This document shows, in pieces, positions 37,422-47,700 of a stretch of DNA of 64,000 nucleotides. The position numbers and the translations under genes are program-made. Within the stretch, counting starts at the first letter, position 1; every line of letters starts with the position of its first letter. The DNA is taken from the IMG/VR virus record IMGVR_UViG_3300032163_000001, positions 46,249 through 110,248 of that record; one strand, 5' to 3'. The notes below the pieces were generated by a model. That model made no database searches and was not told where the DNA came from. It worked only from the letters and a program-made list of their open reading frames with translations. Origin of the DNA: a virus.

Positions 37422-38027
37422 GTGGAAAATCGAGAAGGACTAACAATTTTAAATCTAGGTTCAGGGAAGGCACAACCATTAGATATCACTCCGCCATATT
37501 TTCTAGTAAACTTGGATAGTGGTTATTATCGAGAAGATTCAACCACAATTTATGATATTTTACCACAGCATAAATTGTGGTTGAATGATCCATCATTAAC
37601 AGTTATAAAACATCTTAAAGAGGACGCTTATGCATTTTTAGCGAAGTATCCGGTAAAATTTGATAAAATTGTTATATACAGATTTCTAGAACACATTCCA
37701 AAAAGAGATGTTCTTTATTTTATTTATTTGATGGCTACTTGTTTAGAGTCTGGAGGAATTATTGATTGTATTGTTCCGAACTATAAACTTCTAGCTCAGA
37801 GAATTCTAGAAGAAGATCCTTTTTCTAAAGATTTTGAATCAGAAGATATTATTACAACCTATGAAGTTGTTAATGAACCATCTTGTCCACATGCCAGTAT
37901 ATGGACTACAGATCGAATCAAAAAGTTTTTTGAACTAGAACAAAGGTTCACATTAAAAGAAATAATAGCGCCATATGATTTCGACGGAAGGTCAATTTAT
38001 TTAAGAGCTATCATTGAAAGGAGATAG
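37422..38027 (+). CDS. possible class I SAM-dependent methyltransferase
   Basis: LNLGSGKAQ (motif I-like GxGxG) and FDKIVIYRFLEHIP (motif II/III-like). GTG start with RBS AGAGGTGATAAA. Confidence 0.4.
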   Translation: MENREGLTILNLGSGKAQPLDITPPYFLVNLDSGYYREDSTTIYDILPQHKLWLNDPSLTVIKHLKEDAYAFLAKYPVKFDKIVIYRFLEHIPKRDVLYFIYLMATCLESGGIIDCIVPNYKLLAQRILEEDPFSKDFESEDIITTYEVVNEPSCPHASIWTTDRIKKFFELEQRFTLKEIIAPYDFDGRSIYLRAIIERR

Positions 38028-38030
38028 TTA

Positions 38031-38999
38031 ATGGATACCCAAATGAATTCTAATATTGTAGAAGATCTTTCAAGAGTTAATCTTGATTCAATTATAATTC
38101 CTGTAATGAGTGAGATTAAAGAAGAAACGCTAACGAAAAAATTTCCAGATAAATTTTCAGAGATGAATTTAATTGAAGGTCCAAGCGGAGTTTATTCTTA
38201 TGAAGATAGATTTGGAAAAGTTCAATATAAGAAACTTCAAAGTATAGAACAAGAACAAATACCATTTCTTGGAATTTTTGCACAATCTGCAACTACTTTG
38301 GGTCCTGAATTTATTGGGATCGTTTCTGAATCTTACCAATTTGTTGGTCACGATATTATAAACTTAAAGATTAAAGAAATGGTAGAACAAGCTGGAACAC
38401 CTCTTTTGGGAGAACATATTCATTTATCAAATAATATTGCAGAAATGGTGAATGAAATTGTTATTAGAAATATAAAAACAGTTGAAAGAGTAGGAGATGT
38501 TTGTCCACAACTAATAGTTACTAATAGTTATAATGGGCACAAAGCTGTTACAGTTGCATTTGGATTTTCAGTTACAAGTGGAAGTGAAAGAGTTGGTTCA
38601 TCTTTAAGAAATAAATTGGGAGTACTAAGACAGATTCATATAGTTTCATCTAAAAGTAAGTTAGTATCTGCTGTTAGTGAATTCGTTCAAGTTTTCAACG
38701 ATAATATTATTAATACTATTGAATCTAATTTTAATACTCCAGTTACAGAACCAGATTTCTTACATGTTTTAGACATGATAGAACAGATTGGTAAGAAAAA
38801 GAGAAATGATATTTCTGCTTATATTTCAGAAAACTATCCAAGTCAACTAAATGCTTGGAACCTTTTTAATACGATTTGTAAGTTTTCTACTATTGAAAAG
38901 CATATCAATACTAGAATTTTGCTTGATAACATAGCCGAGAAGGTTCTTATTCTTCCTGTAGAGTTTTCTCGAATGATGCAAACGCTTACTGAGGGATAA
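38031..38999 (+). CDS. hypothetical protein
   Basis: 322-aa ORF. Confidence 0.45.
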   Translation: MDTQMNSNIVEDLSRVNLDSIIIPVMSEIKEETLTKKFPDKFSEMNLIEGPSGVYSYEDRFGKVQYKKLQSIEQEQIPFLGIFAQSATTLGPEFIGIVSESYQFVGHDIINLKIKEMVEQAGTPLLGEHIHLSNNIAEMVNEIVIRNIKTVERVGDVCPQLIVTNSYNGHKAVTVAFGFSVTSGSERVGSSLRNKLGVLRQIHIVSSKSKLVSAVSEFVQVFNDNIINTIESNFNTPVTEPDFLHVLDMIEQIGKKKRNDISAYISENYPSQLNAWNLFNTICKFSTIEKHINTRILLDNIAEKVLILPVEFSRMMQTLTEG

Positions 39000-39079
39000 T
39001 TTAGGATCCCGGTTTTAACCCTTTTATCTGGATCCATTTTAAGAGAACAAATAGAAAATGAGAATAAGGAGAATGTTAT

Positions 39080-39541
39080 ATGCCAAAGGGAGTTTATGTA
39101 AGAACAGAAGAACACAATAGAAAAAATAGAGAAGCTCAAAAAATTTCTCAAAACAAATCAGGAGTTAGAGAGAAAAAGAGAGATTCTCATAAAAGAAATA
39201 GGAGAAATGAAGGGCCTAAACCTGAAGGTTTTAGTGAGAAATATAAGGGAAATAAAAATCCAATGAGAAGACTAGAAGTTAGAGAGAAATTTAAAGGAGA
39301 AGGTAATCCTAGTTGGAAAGGTGGTCTTTATGGATATTACCATGAAAAAGCTAGAGAACTATTTGGATCACCAGTTTGTCAAAAATGTGGAATTTCTCTT
39401 GAAGAATATCGCTTAACTCATAAAGTGAAAAAACAGTTTGAGATGCATTGCTTAAGTAATGATTACACGATACTTGAACAATGGAACTGGCAATGTATCT
39501 GTGTGAAATGTCATCACAAAATTCATATTCATTATGATTAA
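39080..39541 (+). CDS. HNH homing endonuclease
   Basis: NPMRRLEVREKFKGEGNPSWKGG (NUMOD-like). CQKCG...H...CVKCHHKIH (HNH). A paralogue of the gene at 5921. Confidence 0.7.
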   Translation: MPKGVYVRTEEHNRKNREAQKISQNKSGVREKKRDSHKRNRRNEGPKPEGFSEKYKGNKNPMRRLEVREKFKGEGNPSWKGGLYGYYHEKARELFGSPVCQKCGISLEEYRLTHKVKKQFEMHCLSNDYTILEQWNWQCICVKCHHKIHIHYD

Positions 39542-39556
39542 TAAGAGGGGAAAATA

Positions 39557-39907
39557 ATGGGAACTAGCTCACAAGTTTGCATAAAAACTGAAGATGGACC
39601 ATTATATTTTTATAGACACTATGATGGTCCAAATGTAGTTTGGAGTGTACAAAAAGCTTTAGCAATGCAGAAGAGATGGGATGATCCACACTTCCTTTCT
39701 AGAATAATATTTGAAGAAATGATTTCTGGTTATGCTGATAAAGAATGTGGATTTGGAATTGGATTAAAACAATTTTCAGGTATTTCTTTGCTTGTTACTG
39801 TAGATTGTGAAGAACGACAAGTAGAACTAAAACGTGACCCACTAAATGTTAAGATAGCATTTTCTGAATTTATAAAAACAGACTTGAAAGGTATTATAAG
39901 TAGTTAA
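39557..39907 (+). CDS. hypothetical protein
   Basis: 116-aa ORF with RBS AGAGGGGAAAATA. Confidence 0.4.
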   Translation: MGTSSQVCIKTEDGPLYFYRHYDGPNVVWSVQKALAMQKRWDDPHFLSRIIFEEMISGYADKECGFGIGLKQFSGISLLVTVDCEERQVELKRDPLNVKIAFSEFIKTDLKGIISS

Positions 39908-39950
39908 TTTGTGTAAGGGTCTGGTTTAGACCTCCTTTTCCAGATCCATT

Positions 39951-39990
39951 TGAGAGGGGATTCAGAGTTTCGGTCCCCTCTCTTTTTTTG
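39951..39990 (+). terminator. rho-independent terminator
   Basis: GAGAGGGGA ... TCCCCTCTC 9-bp stem followed by TTTTTTT. Confidence 0.6.
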
Positions 39991-40017
39991 TTTAAAAATC
40001 GGTAATTTTTATTCTTA

Positions 40018-41283
40018 GTGAACAAATTTAAAAGAGTAATAGAAAGGGTTTTAAAGATGCCACAAAAAGAAAGAACACTTATTCCAAGTAGAAGATACGA
40101 TTTACAACTAAAGATTAAAGGTTTAGATTACAGTAATGATTTATATCGTCTTAGACTAACTTCATCTGTGAACTCTCCTTACCAAATAGTTAGTTTAGAT
40201 ATGTTTATTGATCCAAACGATATCATCTTAGAAAGAATATTTGGAAGAGACCCTTTAAAACTTAATATCAGATTATTAGGAGATGTCGAATATATATCAG
40301 AACAAATTGACCTCGAACTTATGTATATTAAAGGTGGATTCCAACTTGGTATGAAAAATGAATATTCTGAAATCAGACAAAGTGATAGAAGTTCATTTAA
40401 TATTATAGCTGTTTGCAGAAACCCCTTTAAAACAATTACTTATCCAGTTAATGAAGTTTATTTGGATACAACGATTGAAGGTATTTTGGAAGATTTGGTA
40501 AGTAAGTCGGGGTCTACTCTACAAATTGATAAAGAAGGACTTAACGATGAAAAAATAGATCAAATTATAGTTCCAAGCACTACTTTATATAAATCTATTC
40601 AATACTTAGATCGTAGGTTTGGGATCTTTAGAGGAGCTTGTGTTGTTTTTTGCCGATATGATAATAAATTGTTTATCAAAAATATAACTTCTAAAACAAA
40701 GATGAACCAAACTTTTACAGTCTATCAGTTAGCTAGTGATAGTCCAGACAATACAAAAATTATTTCTTCGAGTTTAGATGGACATACTTTTTATACTTAT
40801 GATAAGATAGATACACGTTACTCAAACAATGTTAAGTTTTCAGTAGCTGCTAATATAGAAAAGTATATAATGACTCCTAAAGATCAATTATACTATGTGT
40901 TGGAAAAGAACCTTAAAGATATCTGTTCAGAAAATGGAGTTATTTATCAAAATAAAAATGTAGAATTCGATAGTATTCTTGAACAAAGAGAAACGTCTAT
41001 CAAAGATCCTTGTGCATATGAGACATCAGATACATTCGTAGTTGCTAAGATGTCTAAGTATATTGCAAATATGTCGACTGTTAGTGTTAATTTAGAAAGA
41101 AATCTTCCAATACTAAACCTTATAAACATTGGAGAAGCAGTTAAGTTGGTTTGTAAAACTGTTGAATATATAGATGTATCTGGAAAATATATTTTAAAGT
41201 CAACTGATATTGATTTCAGGAAAGAGAAAGATTGGCAGTGCGTAGCAAAATTAGATCTCATTCGAACTAACCAAACAATTTAA
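40018..41283 (+). CDS. hypothetical protein (421 aa)
   Basis: Long ORF following the terminator; start uncertain (GTG at 40018 or ATG at 40057). Confidence 0.45.
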   Translation: MNKFKRVIERVLKMPQKERTLIPSRRYDLQLKIKGLDYSNDLYRLRLTSSVNSPYQIVSLDMFIDPNDIILERIFGRDPLKLNIRLLGDVEYISEQIDLELMYIKGGFQLGMKNEYSEIRQSDRSSFNIIAVCRNPFKTITYPVNEVYLDTTIEGILEDLVSKSGSTLQIDKEGLNDEKIDQIIVPSTTLYKSIQYLDRRFGIFRGACVVFCRYDNKLFIKNITSKTKMNQTFTVYQLASDSPDNTKIISSSLDGHTFYTYDKIDTRYSNNVKFSVAANIEKYIMTPKDQLYYVLEKNLKDICSENGVIYQNKNVEFDSILEQRETSIKDPCAYETSDTFVVAKMSKYIANMSTVSVNLERNLPILNLINIGEAVKLVCKTVEYIDVSGKYILKSTDIDFRKEKDWQCVAKLDLIRTNQTI

Positions 41284-41319
41284 TCTAGACTTGTTGAACA
41301 AATAGAAAAGGAAGAAACT

Positions 41320-42192
41320 ATGGTTTGTGAAATTTGTGGGAAAGAAACTAAAGGTTGTAGAGGTTTAGGAACTCACGTTAAACTTACGCATAAAATAGAG
41401 ACTAAAAAATATTACGACACTTTTCTCAAGAAAGATGGAGACGAAACATGTAAAAGGTTTGGTTGCGATAACAGAACTACTTTTACAGATTTAAGTCTTG
41501 GTTATAATAAATACTGTTCTCGAATATGTTCTAACATAGATAATAGAGAAAGAAATAGTAAGTCATTATTAGGTCATAGAGTTACAGAGACAACAAAAGA
41601 GAAGATTAGAGAAAGAAACAAACAGAAGACTCTATCTAAAGAAACTAAGATGAAGATATCTGAAAAACTGAAGAGTGAAGAAGTTAGGAAAAAGATAAAA
41701 GAAACATGTTTAAAGAATTTCGGAGTTGAAAATCCAATGAAACGAGAAGAGATTAAAGAAAAGACAAGAGATACAATGATGAAGAGATATGGAGTTGAAA
41801 ATCCGTCTAAACTACCAGAAGTGAGAAGGAAAATTAGTGAATATATGAAAAATGGAGGAGCTACTCATAGCAATTCATTTGTTAAGAATCCATCTGGTCC
41901 GCAAGTTAAGATATATAATAACGTTAAAGAATTATATTCAGAAGCACTGATAGAATACTGGGTATTAGATAAGTATCGTTTAGATATAGCAATTCTAAGT
42001 TTAAAAATAGATATAGAATATGATGGAAAACACTGGCATCAAGACCAAGAAAAAGATAGAAAAAGAGATGAAGAATTAGAATCTTTAGGCTGGAAAGTTT
42101 TAAGATATAAGGGATTAGAAAATAAAGACATTGTTCCATCTAAAGAACAAGTAAAGAAAGATATAGAGGGACTAAATGGAAGATCAATCTAA
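41320..42192 (+). CDS. homing endonuclease: Zn finger, NUMOD-like repeats, Vsr-like nuclease domain
   Basis: N-terminal CEICG...H...H. Repeated ENPMKREEIKEKTR and ENPSKLPEVRRKISE. C-terminal IDIEYDGKHWHQ...DRKRDEELESLGWKVLRY. Confidence 0.55.
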   Translation: MVCEICGKETKGCRGLGTHVKLTHKIETKKYYDTFLKKDGDETCKRFGCDNRTTFTDLSLGYNKYCSRICSNIDNRERNSKSLLGHRVTETTKEKIRERNKQKTLSKETKMKISEKLKSEEVRKKIKETCLKNFGVENPMKREEIKEKTRDTMMKRYGVENPSKLPEVRRKISEYMKNGGATHSNSFVKNPSGPQVKIYNNVKELYSEALIEYWVLDKYRLDIAILSLKIDIEYDGKHWHQDQEKDRKRDEELESLGWKVLRYKGLENKDIVPSKEQVKKDIEGLNGRSI

Positions 42193-43804
42193 ACTAACAA
42201 AAGAATTTTGTATTTCGGAGTTCCTCCGTTGTAAAGAGAGTTTTAACTACTTTTGTAGTAACTATATTGAGATCGAGATGCCAGGTGGGAATATCCCATT
42301 AAATCTATATGGTAAGCAAGATGAGCTAGTCCAGGTATTACATACTAAACATTATATACTAGTACTGAAAACCAGACAAACTGGTGTATCTACAATTATC
42401 CAAGCATATATTGTCTGGTTACATACTTTCTATGATAATGTTGTAGTTGGTGTACTTTCTAAAGATGGTCCTGAAGCTACTAGTTTTGCAAGACATATCA
42501 TGAGTATGATAGATAGTTTACCTTCGTGGTTAGCACCAAAATATGTAAAGAGAACTGAGCAAACTTATATCTTAGCAAATGGTAGTCAATGTCATGCTAC
42601 TACTATTAATCCAAATGCGCCAGAGAAAACTTTGCGCGGTAAAGCTCTAACATTTCTAGTGGTAGATGAGGGTGCATTTATTAATCACGTAGATGATGCG
42701 TGGAGTGGTATGATGCCCGCACTGGCAACTAATCAGTTACATGCTTCTAGAAATAAAGTTCCTTATGGTACGATTATTATTAGTACTCCAAATAAAACTG
42801 TAGGGATAGGTAAATGGTTTTATGCTAGATATGTTTCTTCAGTATCAGGTAATGATATTTTTAAGCCTTTTATTATTCATTGGAAAATGATACCTGAGTT
42901 AGCAGATGATCCTGCTTGGTATAATACACAATGTCAGTTAGCTGGAAATGATCCTAAGAAAATACAACAAGAACTGGACTTAAAATTTTTATCTACATCT
43001 GGATCTTTCTTTGACGAAAAAACTACACAAACTCTTCAAGATATAGATATTGAACCAATTGAAAGAATGAGGTTGTTTGGAGGAGAATGTTGGACATTTG
43101 TAAAAGCTCAAGAAGGAAGATATTACATAACAGGTGTTGATACTGCACCACAACATGGCCAAGATAAATCAGCTATTACTGTTTGGGATTATCAAACTCT
43201 AGATCAAGTTTGGGAATATCAAGTAAAATGTTCAGTTATGGATTTTACTAAAGTAGTCAAACTAGCTTGTTCAATGTATCCAGGTTTGGTTGTAATCGAA
43301 AATACTGGTGGTTATGGAAACCAAGTTGTAGAAGCAATGATGAATAGTGAGTTTTTATCAATGGTATATAAAGGAAAAACAAGTGATACTAGAGTAGTTC
43401 CAGGTTTGAGTACGAATATTCATACCAGACCATTAATGATTGATTCACTATATTCTTATGTTGTAGCTAACCCACAAATGGTTAAGTCTAAAAGATTAGC
43501 TTTAGAACTAATTGGTTTAATCAATAAAGGAGGAAAAGTAGAAGCTGATGTTGGATGCACAGATGACTTATCACTCTCTGCAGCTTGTGCATTTTATGTT
43601 AGAAAATGGGATCCACCATTACTACTAACTACATCATCAGGTGACTTTGACAATTCATTTCTAGACATTGTAAATATGAACATTTCAAATAGTGAACATA
43701 CTTATGAAGATTTAGATTCAAAAATGCAAAAAATGATCGATGAAATAGTAGATGAAAAGAAAGGTACTTTTGTAGATGTACTATCCCTTTACAATAAGGT
43801 GTAA
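42176..43804 (+). CDS. terL: terminase large subunit (ATPase plus nuclease)
   Basis: RQTGVSTI (Walker A-like), FLVVDEGAFI (Walker B), C-terminal RNase H-like region GVDTA...D. Confidence 0.65.
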   Translation: MEDQSKLTKEFCISEFLRCKESFNYFCSNYIEIEMPGGNIPLNLYGKQDELVQVLHTKHYILVLKTRQTGVSTIIQAYIVWLHTFYDNVVVGVLSKDGPEATSFARHIMSMIDSLPSWLAPKYVKRTEQTYILANGSQCHATTINPNAPEKTLRGKALTFLVVDEGAFINHVDDAWSGMMPALATNQLHASRNKVPYGTIIISTPNKTVGIGKWFYARYVSSVSGNDIFKPFIIHWKMIPELADDPAWYNTQCQLAGNDPKKIQQELDLKFLSTSGSFFDEKTTQTLQDIDIEPIERMRLFGGECWTFVKAQEGRYYITGVDTAPQHGQDKSAITVWDYQTLDQVWEYQVKCSVMDFTKVVKLACSMYPGLVVIENTGGYGNQVVEAMMNSEFLSMVYKGKTSDTRVVPGLSTNIHTRPLMIDSLYSYVVANPQMVKSKRLALELIGLINKGGKVEADVGCTDDLSLSAACAFYVRKWDPPLLLTTSSGDFDNSFLDIVNMNISNSEHTYEDLDSKMQKMIDEIVDEKKGTFVDVLSLYNKV

Positions 43805-43814
43805 GGAAAAAAAT

Positions 43815-44702
43815 ATGGAAAATCTCAACGAATTGTTTTCTATACCGATTGGTTTAAAACCAGTTACCAAAGTTAGTGGTGTTCAATTATACAGTTCCGA
43901 ATCTTTACTTAATGGTTATATTAAAGCTATAAGAGAAACAGACGCTACTAAGAATTTATCAGATATTATAGTTAAATTAGTTAATGATAATAGAATTATT
44001 CCATGTTATATAAATAAAGGTATCTTGAGAGTGTTAGTGTGGAAATTATTTGTATTTGGTCCTCTTAGACAAATTATAGCACTTTTTAATTTAGAAGAAA
44101 ATAAAGTTTTTATTCTTATTGATAATAATATTAGTTTTATTGGTTATGTTTCAAATGAACATTTATCTAAATTAACTTTACATGAATGTTCTCATATGGC
44201 TGCCTATAACAAATCCTCAGAATTTTACAAGTTATTTTCAAAAGAATTACTAGATTTTTATACATTTTATTTTAAGAGTCTGTTTAAATCACAATCGATA
44301 TCTGAAAAAAGTGTTTCTAAATTTGTGAGATTCATCTCTAGCTCAGAAACAGAATTGAATAGAGATACAAAAGTAATTGTCGAAAGTATTCGAAAACTAC
44401 TACTTAATTTTAGAAGCAGTTTTGAAGGATCTGATGAAAACTTTAATACTATAGTAGAAAACTATTTACGAGTAGTTACTTTATTACTAACTATATGGAC
44501 GAAGAATACATTTATAGAAATACTAAAACTTAAAACAATTATTACCCCATTTTATCGAAGTTACCAAACAGTCTTTGGAATAAATACAGTGGGAAGAGTT
44601 TTACACTGTCAAGAAGTTATTTTTCCATCAGAAGTTATATCAGTTTATAGTGAAAAGACACCACAAGAGAAACTAACGTCTATGCTTTCTATGTTGTTGT
44701 AA
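43815..44702 (+). CDS. hypothetical protein
   Basis: ORF after terL. ATG with RBS preferred over the overlapping 43776 start. Confidence 0.4.
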   Translation: MENLNELFSIPIGLKPVTKVSGVQLYSSESLLNGYIKAIRETDATKNLSDIIVKLVNDNRIIPCYINKGILRVLVWKLFVFGPLRQIIALFNLEENKVFILIDNNISFIGYVSNEHLSKLTLHECSHMAAYNKSSEFYKLFSKELLDFYTFYFKSLFKSQSISEKSVSKFVRFISSSETELNRDTKVIVESIRKLLLNFRSSFEGSDENFNTIVENYLRVVTLLLTIWTKNTFIEILKLKTIITPFYRSYQTVFGINTVGRVLHCQEVIFPSEVISVYSEKTPQEKLTSMLSMLL

Positions 44703-44719
44703 AAGGAGATAAAAACGTA

Positions 44720-47700
44720 ATGTCACCTAGAAAACTTCCACCAAAACCACCTAGACTAAGTGCTAAAGAAAAGAAACAACTCCAAGATGCGATTTTAGAG
44801 AAAGATGAAAGACAAAAAATAAAGAATATTAGTTCTGTAGCTTTTCAAGTAGAAAATATACAAAGACAATCTGCTAGAAATATTAAGAATATAGAGAATA
44901 AGATTGGAGGTGTTGCTTCTAGACTCACAGCTGGTACGAACAAGCAAATTATTGAAGTAAGAAAGTACGGAGATACTGCTGGAGTTAGAGAAGTAACTAA
45001 ATCAGTTACTAAAATTTTAGATAAACTTGGGTTGACTATAGAGGCACTTAGTAGGGGTATTGGTGCTATTACACTTGCAACAGCTAGAGCCACAAAAGAT
45101 GCAGTTCAACAATACGGAAGAGCTATTAGTGAAGATATTAGTGTTAACAAACAAAATGTTATAGCTATGTCTTTAGCTAGAACTAGTCCTATTTTTGGAT
45201 ATTTTGTTGCAAAGATCTTTGAGACAGATATTTTCAGAAATTTTCTTAACAGACTAAAAGAAAAATTTTCAGGTATTTTTTCTAAAATTAAAGGAGCTAG
45301 AAGAGCTAGAGAAGAAGGAACTGAATCTCCATTCTTTGAAGAAGAAGGAAGTCCTATTGCTACTTCTGCTATAGCTGCAGGTAGAGCAAGGAGGAGAAGA
45401 AGAACAAAAGTAGTTGCTGAAGGTGTAGGTGTAAGGAGAACAGCTGTTCCTGGAGATATCCAATCTATTGTAATTAATGTTTCTAAAAGTATCTCTAAAG
45501 GATTTTCTGACTTATCTCAAACTATTACTGAAGCCAAAGATAATATTGAAGAATTATTTACAAAATCTGTCACTCAATCGAAAAAACAACTTGATGCTAT
45601 TATCAGTATTCTTAGCGGAAGATTCAAACTTAGAGCATCGTCAGTATTATACAGAATAGATCAAAATTTATTAAAACTTAGACTTGCAGTAATTGGAGAT
45701 GAATCACCATATAATTCAATTTTTGATGAATTTCTTAGTCAACACAAAACCCTGCAAAAAATGTATTTGGCTTTTAGTAAAATACATAAAGCTGTGTTAT
45801 TTCCATTTAAGTTATTCTTCAAAGTTAGAGGTGGTTACAGATCAGATATTCCAAGAGGTCCCAATGTTTTTCAAAACATAGCAGATATTCTTGCTGTAAC
45901 TTATACAACTGAGATGCATAAGTTAGATGTCATTATTGAATATTTGGGAGATATTGGTTATGGTATCACTGGACTGTCTTTTAGAAAACCGGAAGAAATA
46001 AAAGAAAAAGGTACGTATACAATTTTTGGAAAACTCAAAGAGTTCTTTGAGTCAATGAAAGGTGGGAAAGAAGGAGTAAAAGGATATATTAAAAAGAAGA
46101 TGAAAAAGACGCCTGAAGAATTGATAGATGCATTTGCAAAATTTTATGATTTAGATGCTGATGCTATGAAAGAAGCTTATAAAATGCTTCCTGAGAGAGT
46201 TAAAGAGAGAGGAAGAAAAGTCCATGAAAAAGTTACGGGAGGTGTAGAGAAAGTAGCGGAAGGAGTAAGGAAAACTTACGAAAGAATAAGACCAGTAGGA
46301 GAGAAAGGAGCAAGGAGAACTTATGAAGCAGTAAAGTCAGCAAAAGATACAACTTTAAATTTCCTTAGAAGAATATATAATACTCTTGTCATACGTCGCA
46401 GTCCAATTCGTACAATATCAGAAGTTATGTACGACTTACATCATACTTTTATATCTATAAAGAAGGACACTAAGACAATAGCTACTACATCAAAGTTAGA
46501 TAGATTAAAAGAAAAAAAGGAAGATACTAAAAAAGGACTTTATGAGAAGTTACAAAACGCGAAGGAAAAAGCCCAAGCTGCAGTGAAACGAGGAAAACAG
46601 ATATGGCAATGGATAGTAATGGCTGGCATGATGTTACTTAATGTTCTAAAAGGTATTTTCGGCCCCGTTATCAATATAATACAGAAACTTTTTAGTGGTG
46701 GTGGAGCTTTAAAGGGTCTTCTTGGAGGAGCAAGGGGACTAGGAGCAGCTGCTGGAGCAGCTTATGGTGTTTATTCTACGGCTACTGGAGCGATAGAAGG
46801 AGTGAAACATGCACGAGAATGGCATGGTAAAAAAGAGGGAGAGAAAGTTTCTACTTCAGAAAAAGTTACAGCTGGTATAGGAGGAGCTCTTGGAGGAACT
46901 AAAAGTGGTGTATCAGGAGCGTTAGCTGGAGCAGCGAAGGGCGCAGGTATTGGAATGGCAGTTGGAATGGTATTTCCTCCAGCAGCACCTTTTGCAGCAA
47001 TTATTGGTGCAGTAGCTGGAGCTATTCTCGGAGCTGTAGGAGGAAAAAATATTGCGAAAGCGCTACAGTGGAGTTGGAATAAAATAAAGTCAATTGGAGT
47101 TGCTATATGGGAAGGTATTAAATATCCATTTGTACTAGTGCGAGATTTATTTCTGAAAGTAAAAGATTGGATTGGAGAAAAAGTTTCTTCTATTCCTGAT
47201 TTATTCAAGTCTGGACTTTTAGCTATATGGAATTCGTTCAAGTCTTTTGGATCTTCTTTAGTTGAAGTAGGAACTAATATCAAGGAATGGCTTATAGAAA
47301 AAATAGGGAGCATTCCAGTTGTTGGACCTATACTACTGAAAGCAATGAGGGCTGCAGCCAAAGGACTAAAAACAGTATACGAAGCAGCCAAAGAAGCTCC
47401 TGAAACTATCGCTGCTGGCGCAGCTAAAGTTAAAGAAACAGCAGTTCGTGGAGGTGAAGCTATTGCTGGAGGTGTTGCTGCTGCTGCAAAAGAAGTTAAA
47501 GAAAAGGGAGTTGTTGGAGCTGTCGGAGGAGTTGTTGGAAAAGCTATCTCTAAAGTTGCTGGTATTCAAATAAAACCAGATGTAGATACTACTGGAGTTA
47601 AGGAACCAGTTTGGAAAAACTTCACTGCAATGGCTGAAGAAAATAAAACAAAAACAGGACAAGACTTAGTATTAAATTCAGCATTCAGGTCAAGAGAAAA

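Noticed and set aside
38999-39040. GGATCC...GGATCC as a hairpin terminator
   Set aside because: Only the 6-bp self-complementary BamHI-like site pairs, and flanking bases mismatch. Too weak for a terminator. Retained only as part of the flanking-repeat observation.
46771-47662. Long minus-strand ORFs (206 and 98 aa) inside the tape-measure-like gene
   Set aside because: Antisense to a motif-bearing long ORF. They arise from GC-richer Gly/Ala codon runs (GCT/GGA) that lack stops in the opposite frame.
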